Positions 50,401 to 62,726 of a stretch of 64,000 nt of DNA are shown here, piece after piece. A program made the position numbers and the translations under genes. Each line of letters begins with the position of its first letter. Within the stretch, counting starts at the first letter, position 1. The stretch spans positions 3,348,001 through 3,412,000 of the forward strand of contig CATNEN010000034.1 in assembly GCA_950097015.1 (NCBI GenBank), in the 5' to 3' direction. Source of the stretch: Macrostomum hystrix (Eukaryota > Animalia > Platyhelminthes). The notes beneath the pieces were generated by a model, which was given only the letters and a program-made list of their open reading frames with translations, made no database searches and was not told the origin of the DNA.

Positions 50401-53396
50401 AGCAGAGAAAAGCCGTGTTTTAGTTTTCACAGGGAAATCATTTGTTTTTAATAGGTAGTTTCGAGCATTCTAGGCAAATTTTAATTTTGAAATATCTTTT
50501 TTGTTTCTTTCACAGCTTTTTTTCGTCTTGTAACACAATGGACTACAATTTTCATATCCGTTTAGTTTATGAAAAGTCTTGGGCCACGAAACCAGTTGCA
50601 TACAGTTGAAAATTAATTTATTGGTTTTTCATTTCCGTTCTAAAATTATAGTTAGCTCCAAACATCCATCAGCATGTTTAACACTTCACTGTACAGAAAT
50701 AGAGGTCGAAACATGTAAGTGACATTAAATGGAGCTATTAATTGTTTTGCCGTAAACAAAGAACAAGTTCAGGGGTCAACCAATAGTTACAAATCTGTTT
50801 TGTCTAGCTCAGTATTAAGAAAGCGACGACAAATCATTGTGACTCATGTTCGTGACAACAAAATGGATGGAGCCATTCTGATTACTTAAGGTTCCGAGGA
50901 TTACATGCGTATATATAGCTGCCGGATGCTGAGATCGATTCAGCAGTGGCAGAGCACGGCAGCATGCTCCTTCCTAATTGTCCGGAAATCTATGATGGCA
51001 ATATTGTGGTCATCATGCTTATATTTAGAGTCAGATCGGATTAGACAAGCAATTCGTTAGAATTTGTGAGCCAGTTAAGCTGAATGGTCGTGCATGCTTG
51101 GTCGGAATGTTAAAATTTTTGTTTGATCACTCGATCGATAAGTTTCTATCGAGCAAATTCATCGTCATATCGTGGGCAGAGCTCTTTCAGACTCTTAAAC
51201 TAATATACATATATTTCTACTGTGTATATATTAATAAAATTCCTATCCTGCAACGTCAAGCTGTGTGATTTATATTCAAATTCATCTTTCTCTTGCTCCT
51301 CTCTGCTTTCTATCTTAATTCAGCGCAATTGCTGGCCCACGGAAGTATCCTCTTCACCACGCGGCTCTGTACTCTGAAGTCTTGCTCAGTTAGAAGTGTT
51401 CATTAATCAAGCGTGTCTAGTTTATTTATTAATTTAAGTAATAACTTAGTCTTCCTCCAAAAAGGCCAAGCTTGCAGCTTGAAGAATCTTTTACGCTAGA
51501 AGGTGAATTGAGAATGCGGAAGAAAATTAAATAATATAATATCAACCGCGTACGACTGTCAATTTCAAGAATGCTTGAAATCTAAGACGTGACTCAATCA
51601 TTTTTTCGCAAATCGACACGCAAATATCCAAAATATCCAAAAAATTTGCGCAAACAAATTTGCATATGTACTTTCCATTGTCTTTTCTTGAGTTAAAAAG
51701 TTTCACTAAAAAGAGCAGTTACAAGAAAATTGTCGGTGAGTTTTTTTGATTTGCGATACTAAAACGTGCAAGAAGTCGAAAGTTAACTTTCGTTGTTATG
51801 GATTCTCTAGGACGTTTACTGTAACAGATTTAGACGCTTTTCGAGAGCGCAAGTTGATTGATCAAAAGACTTCAAAATTTGAGTAATAAAATCAGAAGTA
51901 AAAAATATTACACAGAAGAACCAGTAGGAGTAGTCCTGGTCCTTGTCCTAGTCCTATACCTACTCATAATCGTCTTTGATTATACATTTCCCGTTCACAA
52001 TATTGACATTGAATATTCACAACCGTACTGAAATTACAAAACAAATGGAAAATAGCTGAGAGGGAATACGAAATTACGGCCTTTAAGAATCCAGAACATT
52101 ATAACACAGAAAAATGTGTTTTTATGTTTTTAGTAAGAAAAGCGGAAATAAAATTATGAATTGCTAGTTTTTTTTCTATATGTATTCTTAACTATTATGG
52201 AGTTAAAAGCAGTAATAAAATTAATATTTATTCAAACATTGACAAAAAAACAAAAAGTCCCAGATTTATTAGGAGCTGCTTCCATAAAAGTCAGGCGGTC
52301 TAATTTTTTACTGAGGGAAATATATTAATTTTAGGGATACAGAATTAGTCTTTACTTCTATTAGGTCTATATATTATTTTTGCCAAAGGCCAATTATTCT
52401 TTTCCATTGGTAAATTAGTTTAGTTAAAAAGTGAACATTGTGACATAGCCTCATTGTGATGAAAAGAAATACAATAAGTCCTTTGTTTTTTAATTACAGG
52501 ATATATACTACTAAAGATTATGGTTGTAAATTTGTATTCATAAATGTATATTAGTGCTTTTGTCTATATTCATGTGCGAAAAAAGAAATATATATAATTT
52601 CTTATTGATTAAATTATAAAAAGTCTCCGTAAAACTGCGCTTTAATGGGACAAAATTAACTAGAGACGAACTTCTAGGTGACACTTTAGTTTTCTGAAAA
52701 TTAATATATGATTTTATTTCGATAATTTACCATCAACATAGCTCGTAGTATAAGAAATTTAAGATAATTAGATAAATACTAGTTATAGTTTTTGTTTCTT
52801 TTCACTGCATAGTAAGACTAGATATATGTACATATTAAAAAAATTGTTAAAAATCGAAACAAGTTTGCGATCTTCTACAATTAGTTATTTGTCTTTCTTT
52901 CTTATATTATGTTTACTCAACTTTTTATTTTTTAAGTTATTTTTTCTAAGTAAGAACCAAAATATTTTGATGGTTAAAAACACTTTAAGTTTTCAAAAGT
53001 TTGGTATATTCTTTCTTCTATGTCTTGAATATTTCACCAGAAAAGCTGAAAAAAATTACTCTTGTCTTATGACTTACTTAAAATTGTGATTTTCATGATA
53101 TATTATTTTTTAAATACACATCATTAATCTAAGTTTTTTTCTACCTGCAAAATAATTCACTAGCACTCAACATAGGAAAGCATTTTACTGGGCTAAAATA
53201 ATGAACAGTGTTGAGCAGTTGGGTAGGCCTATTTTTCAGAAAGCGCTACTTCTCACTGAAAACTGTTACTAGAACTCGCAATACTAGTTTGTTGGAGCTG
53301 ATTTATTTTTTCGAACGTTTAGATCGCGAACAGAGCAGATGAGGTCCATCAGCCACGAAAAAGCCAATCAGTCATAATTAGATCTTCCAGTCGGCA

Positions 53397-54350
53397 ATGC
53401 CTGGCTCTGGGGGCAGCCGCAAGCTGGACTCGGACCTCGCCGCCAAGCTGGCCCGCCGTCTAATGCGCTGCGAGGGCCGGCCATGTCGACACGCCTCCGC
53501 TTCGGACGCGCCCGCAAACATCGCAGCCGACAGCGAAGCCAACGACGACGACATCGATTCACAGATTCGTCGTCGGCGTCCCGACGCCGAAGGTGGAAAC
53601 GGTGGCAGCAGCTGCGGACACCTCTGCCCGCAGCTGGCCCTGAAACTGGCAAGCCGACTTGAGAAGTCCGAGTCCTGCGACAGCGGTGTCTCCGTTGCAT
53701 CGTCATCGTTTTGCCTAACCGCTGCTCCTGCGCGAGTGGTCAAGGGCCCTGGCGTCACGGGTGATGCCGACGCCAGCCGATCGCTGCCCGCCAGCCGGCG
53801 CGGCTCCCTTGAGGCCGAATTTCCTGCCCTGCCGCGCCGGGAGTTGCTACGACTTCGAGACCTTTTTGTAGCTCAAGGCGCTTCGTCTGGTGATAGCCAT
53901 CGCCTGCCGACTGAGACTGTCGGTCGCCTGCTGGAGCGTTTGGGCGTGCCGCTGACTCATCTGGCGCTGCGCTCCGCACTGCGCGAGCTCGATGCCGCGG
54001 ACCCCGATGGTCGGGTTGGATTTCGCGGCTTTTTAGCGCTCCTTGATCGGGCTCGCTCTGTAGCCGCGGCCGCTGCGGCCGTCGTTGCCGCAGCCGCCTC
54101 CGCTGACGACGCTGAAGACGGCCTCCTGCCAGCTTGGATCGACGCCAGCGCCGATGTGGCCTCAGTATCCGTGGAGGAGGTTGGCGTTCGGGAGGCGCGC
54201 GGCTTCTTCGAGTCGCAGATCGCCGCCCTGCGCGGCTCGGGCCCAGCCACCCCTGTGGCCGGCCGTTCGGCCTCCAGCGGCGAGGGGGCCCGCCCTCGCC
54301 GCCCAATGCCGCCGCTGGCCCGCGAAGAAGTGGACGCTGATTCCGGCTGA
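53397..54350 (+). CDS. EFHD2: Divergent EF-hand domain-containing protein of the EFHD1/EFHD2 (swiprosin) family, 317 aa, intronless
   Basis: Family motifs recognised from memory of human EFHD2: SDLAAKLARR (SELSAKLLRR), EFPALPRRELLRLRDLF (EFKEFSRKQIKDMEKMF), LERLGVPLTHLALRSALRELD..DGRVGFRGFL (MEKLGAPQTHLGLKNMIKEVD..DSKLSFREFL), EVGVREARGFFE (SEGVKGAKSFFE). GC-rich island. Symbol denotes family, not proven orthology. Confidence 0.88.
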   Translation: MPGSGGSRKLDSDLAAKLARRLMRCEGRPCRHASASDAPANIAADSEANDDDIDSQIRRRRPDAEGGNGGSSCGHLCPQLALKLASRLEKSESCDSGVSVASSSFCLTAAPARVVKGPGVTGDADASRSLPASRRGSLEAEFPALPRRELLRLRDLFVAQGASSGDSHRLPTETVGRLLERLGVPLTHLALRSALRELDAADPDGRVGFRGFLALLDRARSVAAAAAAVVAAAASADDAEDGLLPAWIDASADVASVSVEEVGVREARGFFESQIAALRGSGPATPVAGRSASSGEGARPRRPMPPLAREEVDADSG

Positions 54351-54994
54351 CAAAAAATCTACTTAAGTTTTCTGGTTAGCGAACTTTGGTTGTTAATTCT
54401 CACTTGACAATCATCTGCAGCTGTATGACAAGGGCAGAATCAGTTTTTGACGATCTGAAGAATAATTTCTGTTTGGTTTTCCGCCCGTTTCCTGCCTATG
54501 TCCATTGCCATCCCTCCCGCACCCTTCCCAAATTAACCAAGGATTGCTTGTTAACATTTTGTTCAACTTTTACACCCATCTACGAGCGTATTCGTGATCC
54601 TTGCCCATGCAGTCTTTAATATATCGCACAGTGTGCTGTGAAATTTCAATTCGTTTGCAGTGCCTTTCTGTTCGACCTTTTTCGGCAATTTTTCGTTAGT
54701 TTTTTTTGCTGTAAAAACATTACATATTTTGCAAACTTCTCCTTATAAAGTTAAAAAAATGCCTAATTACTCTATAATTTACAGTTTATAGAGCATAATC
54801 TTAACCCCACTCCAGGGTTACAATTAATAGAACTTGTAAGTACATATAGACGTTTTCAGGACGTATCCAAAGTTTGTAGGCTTTTTCGGTAAATGTTTCT
54901 GAAATTTTGTAAAATCCTTTGTGGTTTCTTAAAGCCACAGTGTAAGTGTTTCTTTCCCTTATGTAAGCGTGTGAAAGCTAAGGGCAATGCAAAA

Positions 54995-55516
54995 GCATAG
55001 GGGTTTGTGAAAGTATAGGGGTTTGTGAAAGTATAGGGGTTTGTGAATGCATAGGGGTTTGTGAAAGTATAGGGGTTTGTGAATGCATAGGGGTTTGTGA
55101 AAGCATAGGGGTTTGTGAATGCATAGGGGTTTGTGAAAGTATAGGGGTTTGTGAATGCATAGGGGTTTGTGAATGCATAGGGGTTTGTGAAAGTATAGGG
55201 GTTTGTGAATGCATAGGGGTTTGTGAAAGCATAGGGGTTTGTGAATGCATAGGGGTTTGTGAATGCATAGGGGTTTGTGAAAGCATAGGGGTTTGTGAAA
55301 GCATAGGGGTTTGTGAATGCATAGGGGTTTGTGAATGCATATAGGGGTTTGTGAAAGTATAGGGGTTTGTAAATGCATAGGGGTTTGTGAATGCATAGGG
55401 GTTTGTGAAAGCATAGGGGTTTGTGAATGCATAGGGGTTTGTGAATGCATAGGGGTTTGTGAATGCATAGGGGTTTGTGAATGCATAGGGGTTTGTGAAA
55501 GCCCTGGGTTTGTGCA
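54995..55516. repeat. 18-bp minisatellite (GCATAGGGGTTTGTGAAW), about 29 units
   Basis: Period 18 with AATGC/AAAGT/AAAGC variants and one 2-bp insertion near 55320. Confidence 0.96.
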
Positions 55517-56975
55517 TTTTTTGGATTTTCTTTCAGTTCAGTGGTATTAGTTTAACTGCAGCTGACTAGATGTACATCTCTTACAAACTACGTCAGTATG
55601 TGCGAAATTCTTTAATCAATTTGACCAAGCTTGCGCATTTGCGTTTAACAGAAAAATGGCCCATATCGAAGTTAACAAATTTGTGTTAAATGACTCTTGT
55701 TGCTATGCAAAAATATGTAAAGCCTGTTGTTGTAAATTGTGTACTATTCGTGACGCAATTTTCTCGCCTTTTATCATGTTTACCTAGCCAATACAGTGAA
55801 TGTATTGAGTATCGATTTTTAACTGAACTTCAACCCATCAATTCTTATTGATTTATCTTGCAGTGGCATTTGTTAACCGTTATTAACCCTTCTTTCATAA
55901 ACAATAACACCAGCGACACAATGCATTGGCTGGAATACGGCTTCCAGGAGCTTTATTCAGAGAGTACTACTAAAGTACTTCCCAAATAAACATTTACACA
56001 TTTTTTCTGTCACTTAATAATTTGCCTATTTTCTTCCGATTTGAATTATAAATAACTTAAGAACATACAGTTGCATTTCTTATATCCAGTTTTTTTATTA
56101 CATCTATGCTAATTGTATTTTAGTATTACTGTATTATTACACAAACACTCAACTTATGTAAAACAGGCATTTAAATTTTACTGATCGAAAAGTGGTACAG
56201 TGCTTAGAAATTTTTGTGGGTAATGCCATGCAAGAAAACTGGGACGTATTTGGACTAATGAAATTCCGAGTTAAATTATTGTAGAGTTTAAGACACGACT
56301 ACAGAAAATGTAACAATAAAAAAATTAAATAGCAATTTTTGGAAAACCAAGTGGACCGCCATTGTGTACGCAGTCAAGATATGCAACCGTAGTCCGCAAT
56401 ATATTTCAAGTTTTACCATATAGCAAAATTGCTGTGATTTACAGATTACCTGCCTTTTTAAACAAGCAAACAATCATCATATCGACAGAAATCGTAAACA
56501 ACACAGATTGACAATTTTAGACAGGTGTCTTTCTAACCGACTTGAGCACAAGTCAAATCAATTATTATCACTCGCTTGAAAATATAGCAACAACAATAGA
56601 AACAGGAATATTATAAAGCGGGAGATAATAACAAAAATAGAAACTTTTCCATCATGTAAGTAAAACAAGTTTGCCACTGGATGGTTAGCGTAGTTTATAT
56701 CGGTAATTGTAAGCTTCATAAAACTGAAAAGTACAGCTGTTTCAAAGCATTATTAAGAAATCAATAGGGGTTTAATACAGTTAGACTAAACTCCTAAAGC
56801 ATCGTTATCCAATTTAATCCTTAATCCAACTTAAAACTTAATCCGTAATAAAAAACGAAGTTGACGAATACACCAGTTTTCCTGATCCTTATATAGTATG
56901 CATGGATAGAATGTTGCTACATACTAAAAGTACTTGGTACTTGAACTGTTAGACATAAGCTTAAACAACAGGTCT

Positions 56976-57254
<279 letters not shown>

Positions 57255-57394
57255 TTAGTAGATTTCAAGTGGAAATGAAAAACAAACGAATATCTGAGAC
57301 AGCCAAGTTAGACTAGTTTGTGCCGCGACTGCTGGCTGGCTTGGGTGTAATCGCATGATCATATACATGTTTTGAGCTGTGGGCGGCTATCTAG

Positions 57395-57560
57395 CAGTTT
57401 AGCTTCACTCGATTTTTCATTGGTTGTTTACTGGTGTTTTACGCGCAAGCATTTAGCTTCAAAACGTCAGCCATTGGCTGATGTCCTTTTGGAGTTTTAC
57501 GCGCAAGAATTTAGCTTTAAGTCGTCAGCCATTGGCTGATGGCCTCTAGGAGTTTAGCTT
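57395..57560 (-). promoter_or_regulatory. Tandemly duplicated ~58-bp module with CCAAT boxes upstream of the LC8 gene
   Basis: GTTTTACGCGCAAG at 57436 and 57494. ATTGG (CCAAT on the gene strand) at 57419, 57473 and 57531, 170-290 bp upstream of the ATG. Confidence 0.55.
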
Positions 57561-58565
57561 CAATGTTCTCTCCTAGCTGTATTAGTTAAGTAAGAGAGGA
57601 AGAGGGAGGAAGGGAGGGAGGTTGGCAAGGAAAAATTCCACGTCTCCTTGGCGGCTGCGCAACAACCCCATCCTCCCCAGTGCGTTGGAGAGGTTGGCCA
57701 TGACAGCGGCCCAAAAAGAAACCCTCAAATTAACTTCAATAGACTACCCAAAACCCACGAGCTGACGCCAATTTCTTATGTTTGAGCCGAAAAGGATCAG
57801 CTTATTTCTCCTGTTCTGTCTATTGGTTGAACCGTGGCTGATTATGAGGGACTAATATGTCTTATGTCAATGTCAATGTACAATGTATGTACAATGTCAA
57901 AGTCTAAAATTTATATAATGTATAATATATCAAGATCATAAAACATTATAATATATAATGTTAATGCTTGGACTTCTGACCACAAAGATTGTAGGCAGAT
58001 AATAATCTTGCAGTAAATAATCTAGTTGGCAGATTAAAACAAACTTTAAGATGAATCGCAAAAAAAGAAGTTTTTTATTAACATTAATTGAGAAAAAGGT
58101 TGTTAAACTCATTAAACTCACAGGTCATTCAGATTCAGCTCATTAGGAGCCGAAAGTCAGGACGTTTAATTTATTACCGCCTGAAGTATCATGTCAATAC
58201 ATGTAGACAAGAACTAACGAATGAAAGGTAAGTTCAGTCTGACGCGTTGCCCTTCTTTATATGGTGGCTTCTTAAAAGTGACGGGACACAGCACGCAGCT
58301 GGTTGCACTTTCTGTGGAAGAGCGTGTGAAAATTAGTCTACCAGGCGCAACAGCTTACAGAAGCTAACAAATGGACTGAAAAGATGACGAACAGTTCAGC
58401 ATTTGAATATCAAAATCTACCAACAAGTAGCGCATCAGTCTACTGACAGTAGGAAGAGGGAACTATTATAATTCCTTCATCCAATTCAATGTAAACTGAA
58501 ATGATTTTTCTGGGTAATATTAATCTGCAGTCTTAATAAACGAAATAAGTAATAGGCCGGAATAA

Positions 58566-58900
58566 ACTCCATGCTCGAACCAAGCGGCTTCCAGGCCCGC
58601 CGGTTCGACGGCGTCACAGTCACGGCCTTCGAGCGGCACCGGCCGAAGGGCTGAGTCGTGCACCAACATTCATACTTGCGTCCCACGCCACTGCCGGCTA
58701 ACTGTCGCTGCTGCCAGTGCTGCCGCTGCCCAGGATCAGGCCGGGAAATATGCCAATCTGAGCGACCCGCTCAATGTCTGTCCCTTCGGCGTCGAGAAAC
58801 TTTGGGGCATTTTTTAGCCCCCCCGCCTTTGATCTGGTCGACACGCGCGCGTATGCAGTTCGACTATGCATACCACCGTAGTTCAAGCTGGTAACGTGCG
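58566..58900. other. GC-rich island of unknown nature (possible exon or gene fragment)
   Basis: GC-rich patch in AT-rich DNA with short ORFs on both strands and homopolymer runs at 58810-58824. No convincing gene model or homology. Confidence 0.25.
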
Positions 58901-59849
58901 GCCAATCCTTCGAGCACAATCCTTGTCGATAATGTTACAAGATTGCTCTTTGTCAAGTCATTTTTTGACATAAATATTGCGTCATAATATGCCTTTTTAT
59001 TTTTTGATTTACGTGCTACTTTTTTTCCTCACAGTTATGTAATCAACGTTGACCTGACTATTGCTCTCAACTGTGCTCGACTCTCTCCCCCCTCCACGCC
59101 CTCCTCTCTACTCCCCGATCTCTTTACTCTCTCCTACCCACTCTGGCCCCCATAAATGCTTCCTCTCTACCTTCAGTACTTTTATTTCTATTCATTTATA
59201 GACCTGAACGTCTCTTCCTGCTTCATTAGATGGGAGGCCTAGCACTTAGTGAAAAGCACAAAGGTTCTAAGCAGTGTAATCTGAATATATTATATGTATA
59301 CATCGCCTTAGCATGCATAATCGACCTGTACTTACACAAGAGAGCATTCATTGTCAAAGAACCCAACCGGCTGTGTACGTCAAGCTGCTACACTGCTCAG
59401 CTGAAACCGCGCGTATCGTCGTGCATCGGAATAGGAATAGGAATAGGAATCGTCCAGCGCTGAGTGTGCAGGCAGTTCAGAAATAGAAGTTTTGTTTTAC
59501 CTTTGTACTTTTCATTGCTGAGCGAGGGAGAGAACAGGAGGAGAGCATGCTAGAGTACAGTATTGTGACGTGAGTAAAAGCTCGTTTAGGTTGAGCATAT
59601 AGGCTTTTTACATTTAAACAACAAATATTGCTTCTAAATTGTAATCGCGATTAGAAACTCATAGTTTCTAACTCATAGTCAAACCTAAAATTTGACAAAT
59701 GTATTATAATTTATATCAGTGTAACAAAAATTTGGATTTTTTATTGTAACAATTTAAAATAAATAAATAAACCACTTCAGAGGCAGTGCCAAAACGCTTA
59801 TTGTTTATCTTGGTCGCGCTGGTCACCGGGCGGTAATACAATTGCAAGG

Positions 59850-61332
59850 ATGTTCATTCTAGCTTCAAGAACCAGGACTTACACTTTTATCAAAGTGGTG
59901 CTTTTGTTATCTCATCAATATTATGCAATCGCTAGCACAGGTAAGAACCTGCGTACCTGCTGCGCATTTAAAATTTTTTGCTTTTCTGTGAGCATCGATT
60001 CAGCTGCAATGATTCGTTAATCTGCTCAAGGCTCTTGTCCGCGAGCACTTTTACACTCTTTAGAGTACTCTTAAATAAGCAGTACTTGATATGTCACTCT
60101 AGAATGCAATTTCACACGATATTTGTAATTTGGCAGGAAAAGTGCATAGGTCTTCATTTTTCTAAATTTTACTAATAAGATATGTTTATTTAAAGCGAAT
60201 GCTGTCTTCTTAAAAATACTAGGTCATATAAGGTTAACTTTTATAGTTTATAAAGAGTGTACAATTTACTTTGGATTAATTTAATTATAAATCTACTGAG
60301 ACTAATTACTCCAAAGAGCTCCATCTTCAAACACTTTAAGTAGCTCAAACGACTCGCCATTCAATCTAGATCAAAGAGGATCAGCCTGCAACAGGGCCAG
60401 CTATACAGGCGAATGTGACCCACCAGCTTGTCCTAAAGCCAATCACTACTTTGATTTGGCCTGCTTCTGTGAGCCCTGCCCGACTGACCTGCAAGCCACC
60501 AGCTGCCTCGCGATCCTCGGCCTGTGTCCGCACCATTCGTCAGACAGCTTATACAAGTCGCAATCCGGCCAAGATCGCCTACCAGATGCCGGTCTGATCA
60601 TTGTTGACAAAAAACTGGCTTCACCAGGTTACTATTTTGAATCATTTATAATCATTAACTTCTTAGCTTCTCGCACTATTAATAATTGTGACCGCCAATC
60701 AGCAGCCAGATAGAAGTAGATTCCATCTATAATACTGACACTTCAACACACACACACGCCCACATGCCTTTACGTCTGCCCTGACTTTCTTATCGTCAGG
60801 CAGAATGCATGCGCTCTCATTAAGCCTTCGCTGTAATTATAAGTATAAATAATTCTTGACTTTTTGCTCAAATGGCCTTAAAATGCTTGCCAATAGTTTT
60901 CTGTGGTACTTATTGAATTATTTTAGACATTAGGATTTCCTTTGAGGGGGCCTGTCGAATGTGTCAATGGTTTGTTTCTTGGCGATTTCAGGCGGTCCCT
61001 CTGATATCGGAGTGCCTGCGAAGATCGCTATTTCTAGCACTGTCTTGGTCTTGGTTTGCATAATCATCGTCGCAGTGCTCCTTCTATTAAAATGGCGCAA
61101 CAAAGAGCGAAGGAGGCGTCGCAGTCGGCATGCCGCGAGCAGCGAGCCAGAGAGCCAGCCGCTGCAGCTGCCGCTTTCGCTGCCGATCACACCGAGTCAG
61201 GATGAATCAGCTAGACTGGACATTGATCCAGCCCCAGTAGAACCTTTGCTTGACTTTGGTGATCCCCTCAATCGATGTCCCCAGCCAAATTCTATTCCGG
61301 TCAGCGATGATGTTGGGCAATTCGATGTTTAA
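59850..61332 (+). CDS. Three-exon type I membrane protein, 229 aa, with one TNFR-like cysteine-rich domain (exons 59850-59940, 60370-60627, 60992-61332)
   Basis: Donors CAG|GTAAGA (59941) and CAG|GTTACT (60628). Acceptors TCAATCTAG (60369) and GATTTCAG (60991). Both introns are phase 1 and the CDS totals 690 nt. Product: weak signal-like N-terminus, 8-Cys module CNRASYTGECDPPACPKANHYFDLACFCEPCPTDLQATSCLAILGLC, TM helix IAISSTVLVLVCIIIVAVLLLL, KWRNKERRRRR stop-transfer, Pro/acidic tail. Confidence 0.72.
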
Positions 61333-62655
61333 GCTTCTCAAAAATTGCTTTCTTTTTCTTCTTTAAGTAACCACACAGCTCTGCCTCTGTTGCATTATTG
61401 CTGCTTATAATCTGCTCGTTATTCTGAATCGAGAATATAGCTTTTGTGCTATATTTATCAGTTAAATATTCTTCACATAGTTTTTAAAGAATTTTCCGTT
61501 ACATTCGTTCTTTTCCTGATGTTTATTCAGTCGCCTTTGAAGTCAGACAAGGGAAATTTTATACTATACTCGTATTTTCTACCTATAATTAACGTATCGT
61601 TTAACTTGGAAACATTCCTACCTATACCCTTACTGTACAACTGCGTTATTTTCTAGATTTTTTGCTTCTACTTTTTGTTTGGCTGTTTGCATTTCAAACG
61701 CAGGCCGCTCTACTTGTCAGCTACAACTACTTGCTATTTAAGTCATCAGTCATGAGCTCTGCAGGCATGATGGCAGACAATATGCCTCTTAAGAACCTCT
61801 TAAATTTTTTATCCAGAATCGTTCAGTACGTCACAGTCTCGTGGCTTTTTTGCAATTTTCGCAATTTTCCATGAAAAAACTCGATTATATTTGCACTTTA
61901 GCAAGCCAAACACATCTGATTGCGTTATGATCAAGTGATAAAAAATGCAAAAAATAAAAAAACTATAAAATAAAATAAAATAAAATACTATTCAGAAGCT
62001 GCTAACAGAGTTGAAAATTACAAAACTGAACTCAAGGAACGAGTGAATGAATAAATGAATAAAATAATGAACGAACGACTGAATGAGTTAATGAACAGAT
62101 GCAACGATAAATGAGTAACTTTAGCTTTTCGAGAATTCCAGAACTCACAAGCTAGAGGGGGCATACAAACTACCATCAGTCTTCTTAAGTGTATAGTAGA
62201 AAAAGCGCAGATATTCGTTCAGCGTCAAGGCCTAAATCTTTGTCTATGGCCCACTGCAGCAAAGCCTGAAAGTTTGTCTATGGTCGACTGGTTGCCTAAT
62301 TTTAGTAGCATTAAGTAATGACAGATCTATAGGCAGAGTTAAGCAATGACAAAAGTTGTCATTGCTCAACTCATATAAATTATTATAATTGGCTACTGGT
62401 ATGCTATATATACAATGCAATTATATAGTATGTTTCGGCGTTAAATAATGGCCATAGACACTCGTGCGCATTATATATATAATCTACCATGGACAAATTT
62501 TCCATAAATTTAAGACAATATTAGCTAGACGAAATCCGAATTACTTTCTTTTGTAGCTTTCTATTAAACCACACCACGATGGAAGAATAATTTGATAGCG
62601 ACAATTATATTTACGGTTAGAATGGTTAGAATGGCTCTAATAAGAATGAAATTCA

Positions 62656-62726
62656 TGAACGCTTACTCGTGCGTCAATGACGCATTGACGACGCATATGT
62701 CCCATTGACGCACTCGTAAGCGTTCA
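62656..62726. repeat. 71-bp palindromic element with 24-bp arms
   Basis: TGAACGCTTACTCGTGCGTCAATG (62656-62679) pairs with CATTGACGCACTCGTAAGCGTTCA (62703-62726) at 22 of 24 positions. Confidence 0.85.

Noticed and set aside
49620-50430. Three overlapping minus-strand ORFs with CRYRTCHRG repeats suggesting metal binding
   Set aside because: A 26-bp unit with no minus-strand stop opens all three frames with the same 26-aa cycle.
53362-53371. AGCCAATCAG CCAAT box before the EFHD gene
   Set aside because: Only 26 bp from the ATG, closer than usual for a promoter CCAAT box, and a single short motif is not sufficient evidence.
53368-54366. Alternative-frame and antisense ORFs over the EFHD gene
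   Set aside because: GC-rich shadow ORFs; only the 53397-54350 frame has family motifs.
54959-55550. (MHSQTP)n, (AFTNPY)n ORFs and telomere-like TAGGGG
   Set aside because: ORFs follow from the 18-bp period. The unit is not a TTAGGG-type telomeric repeat.
61950-62100. (TAAAA)n and GAAT-like low-complexity tract; similar short runs at about 51930, 57865, 59430 and 60740
   Set aside because: Ordinary microsatellite or low-complexity DNA with no further structure.
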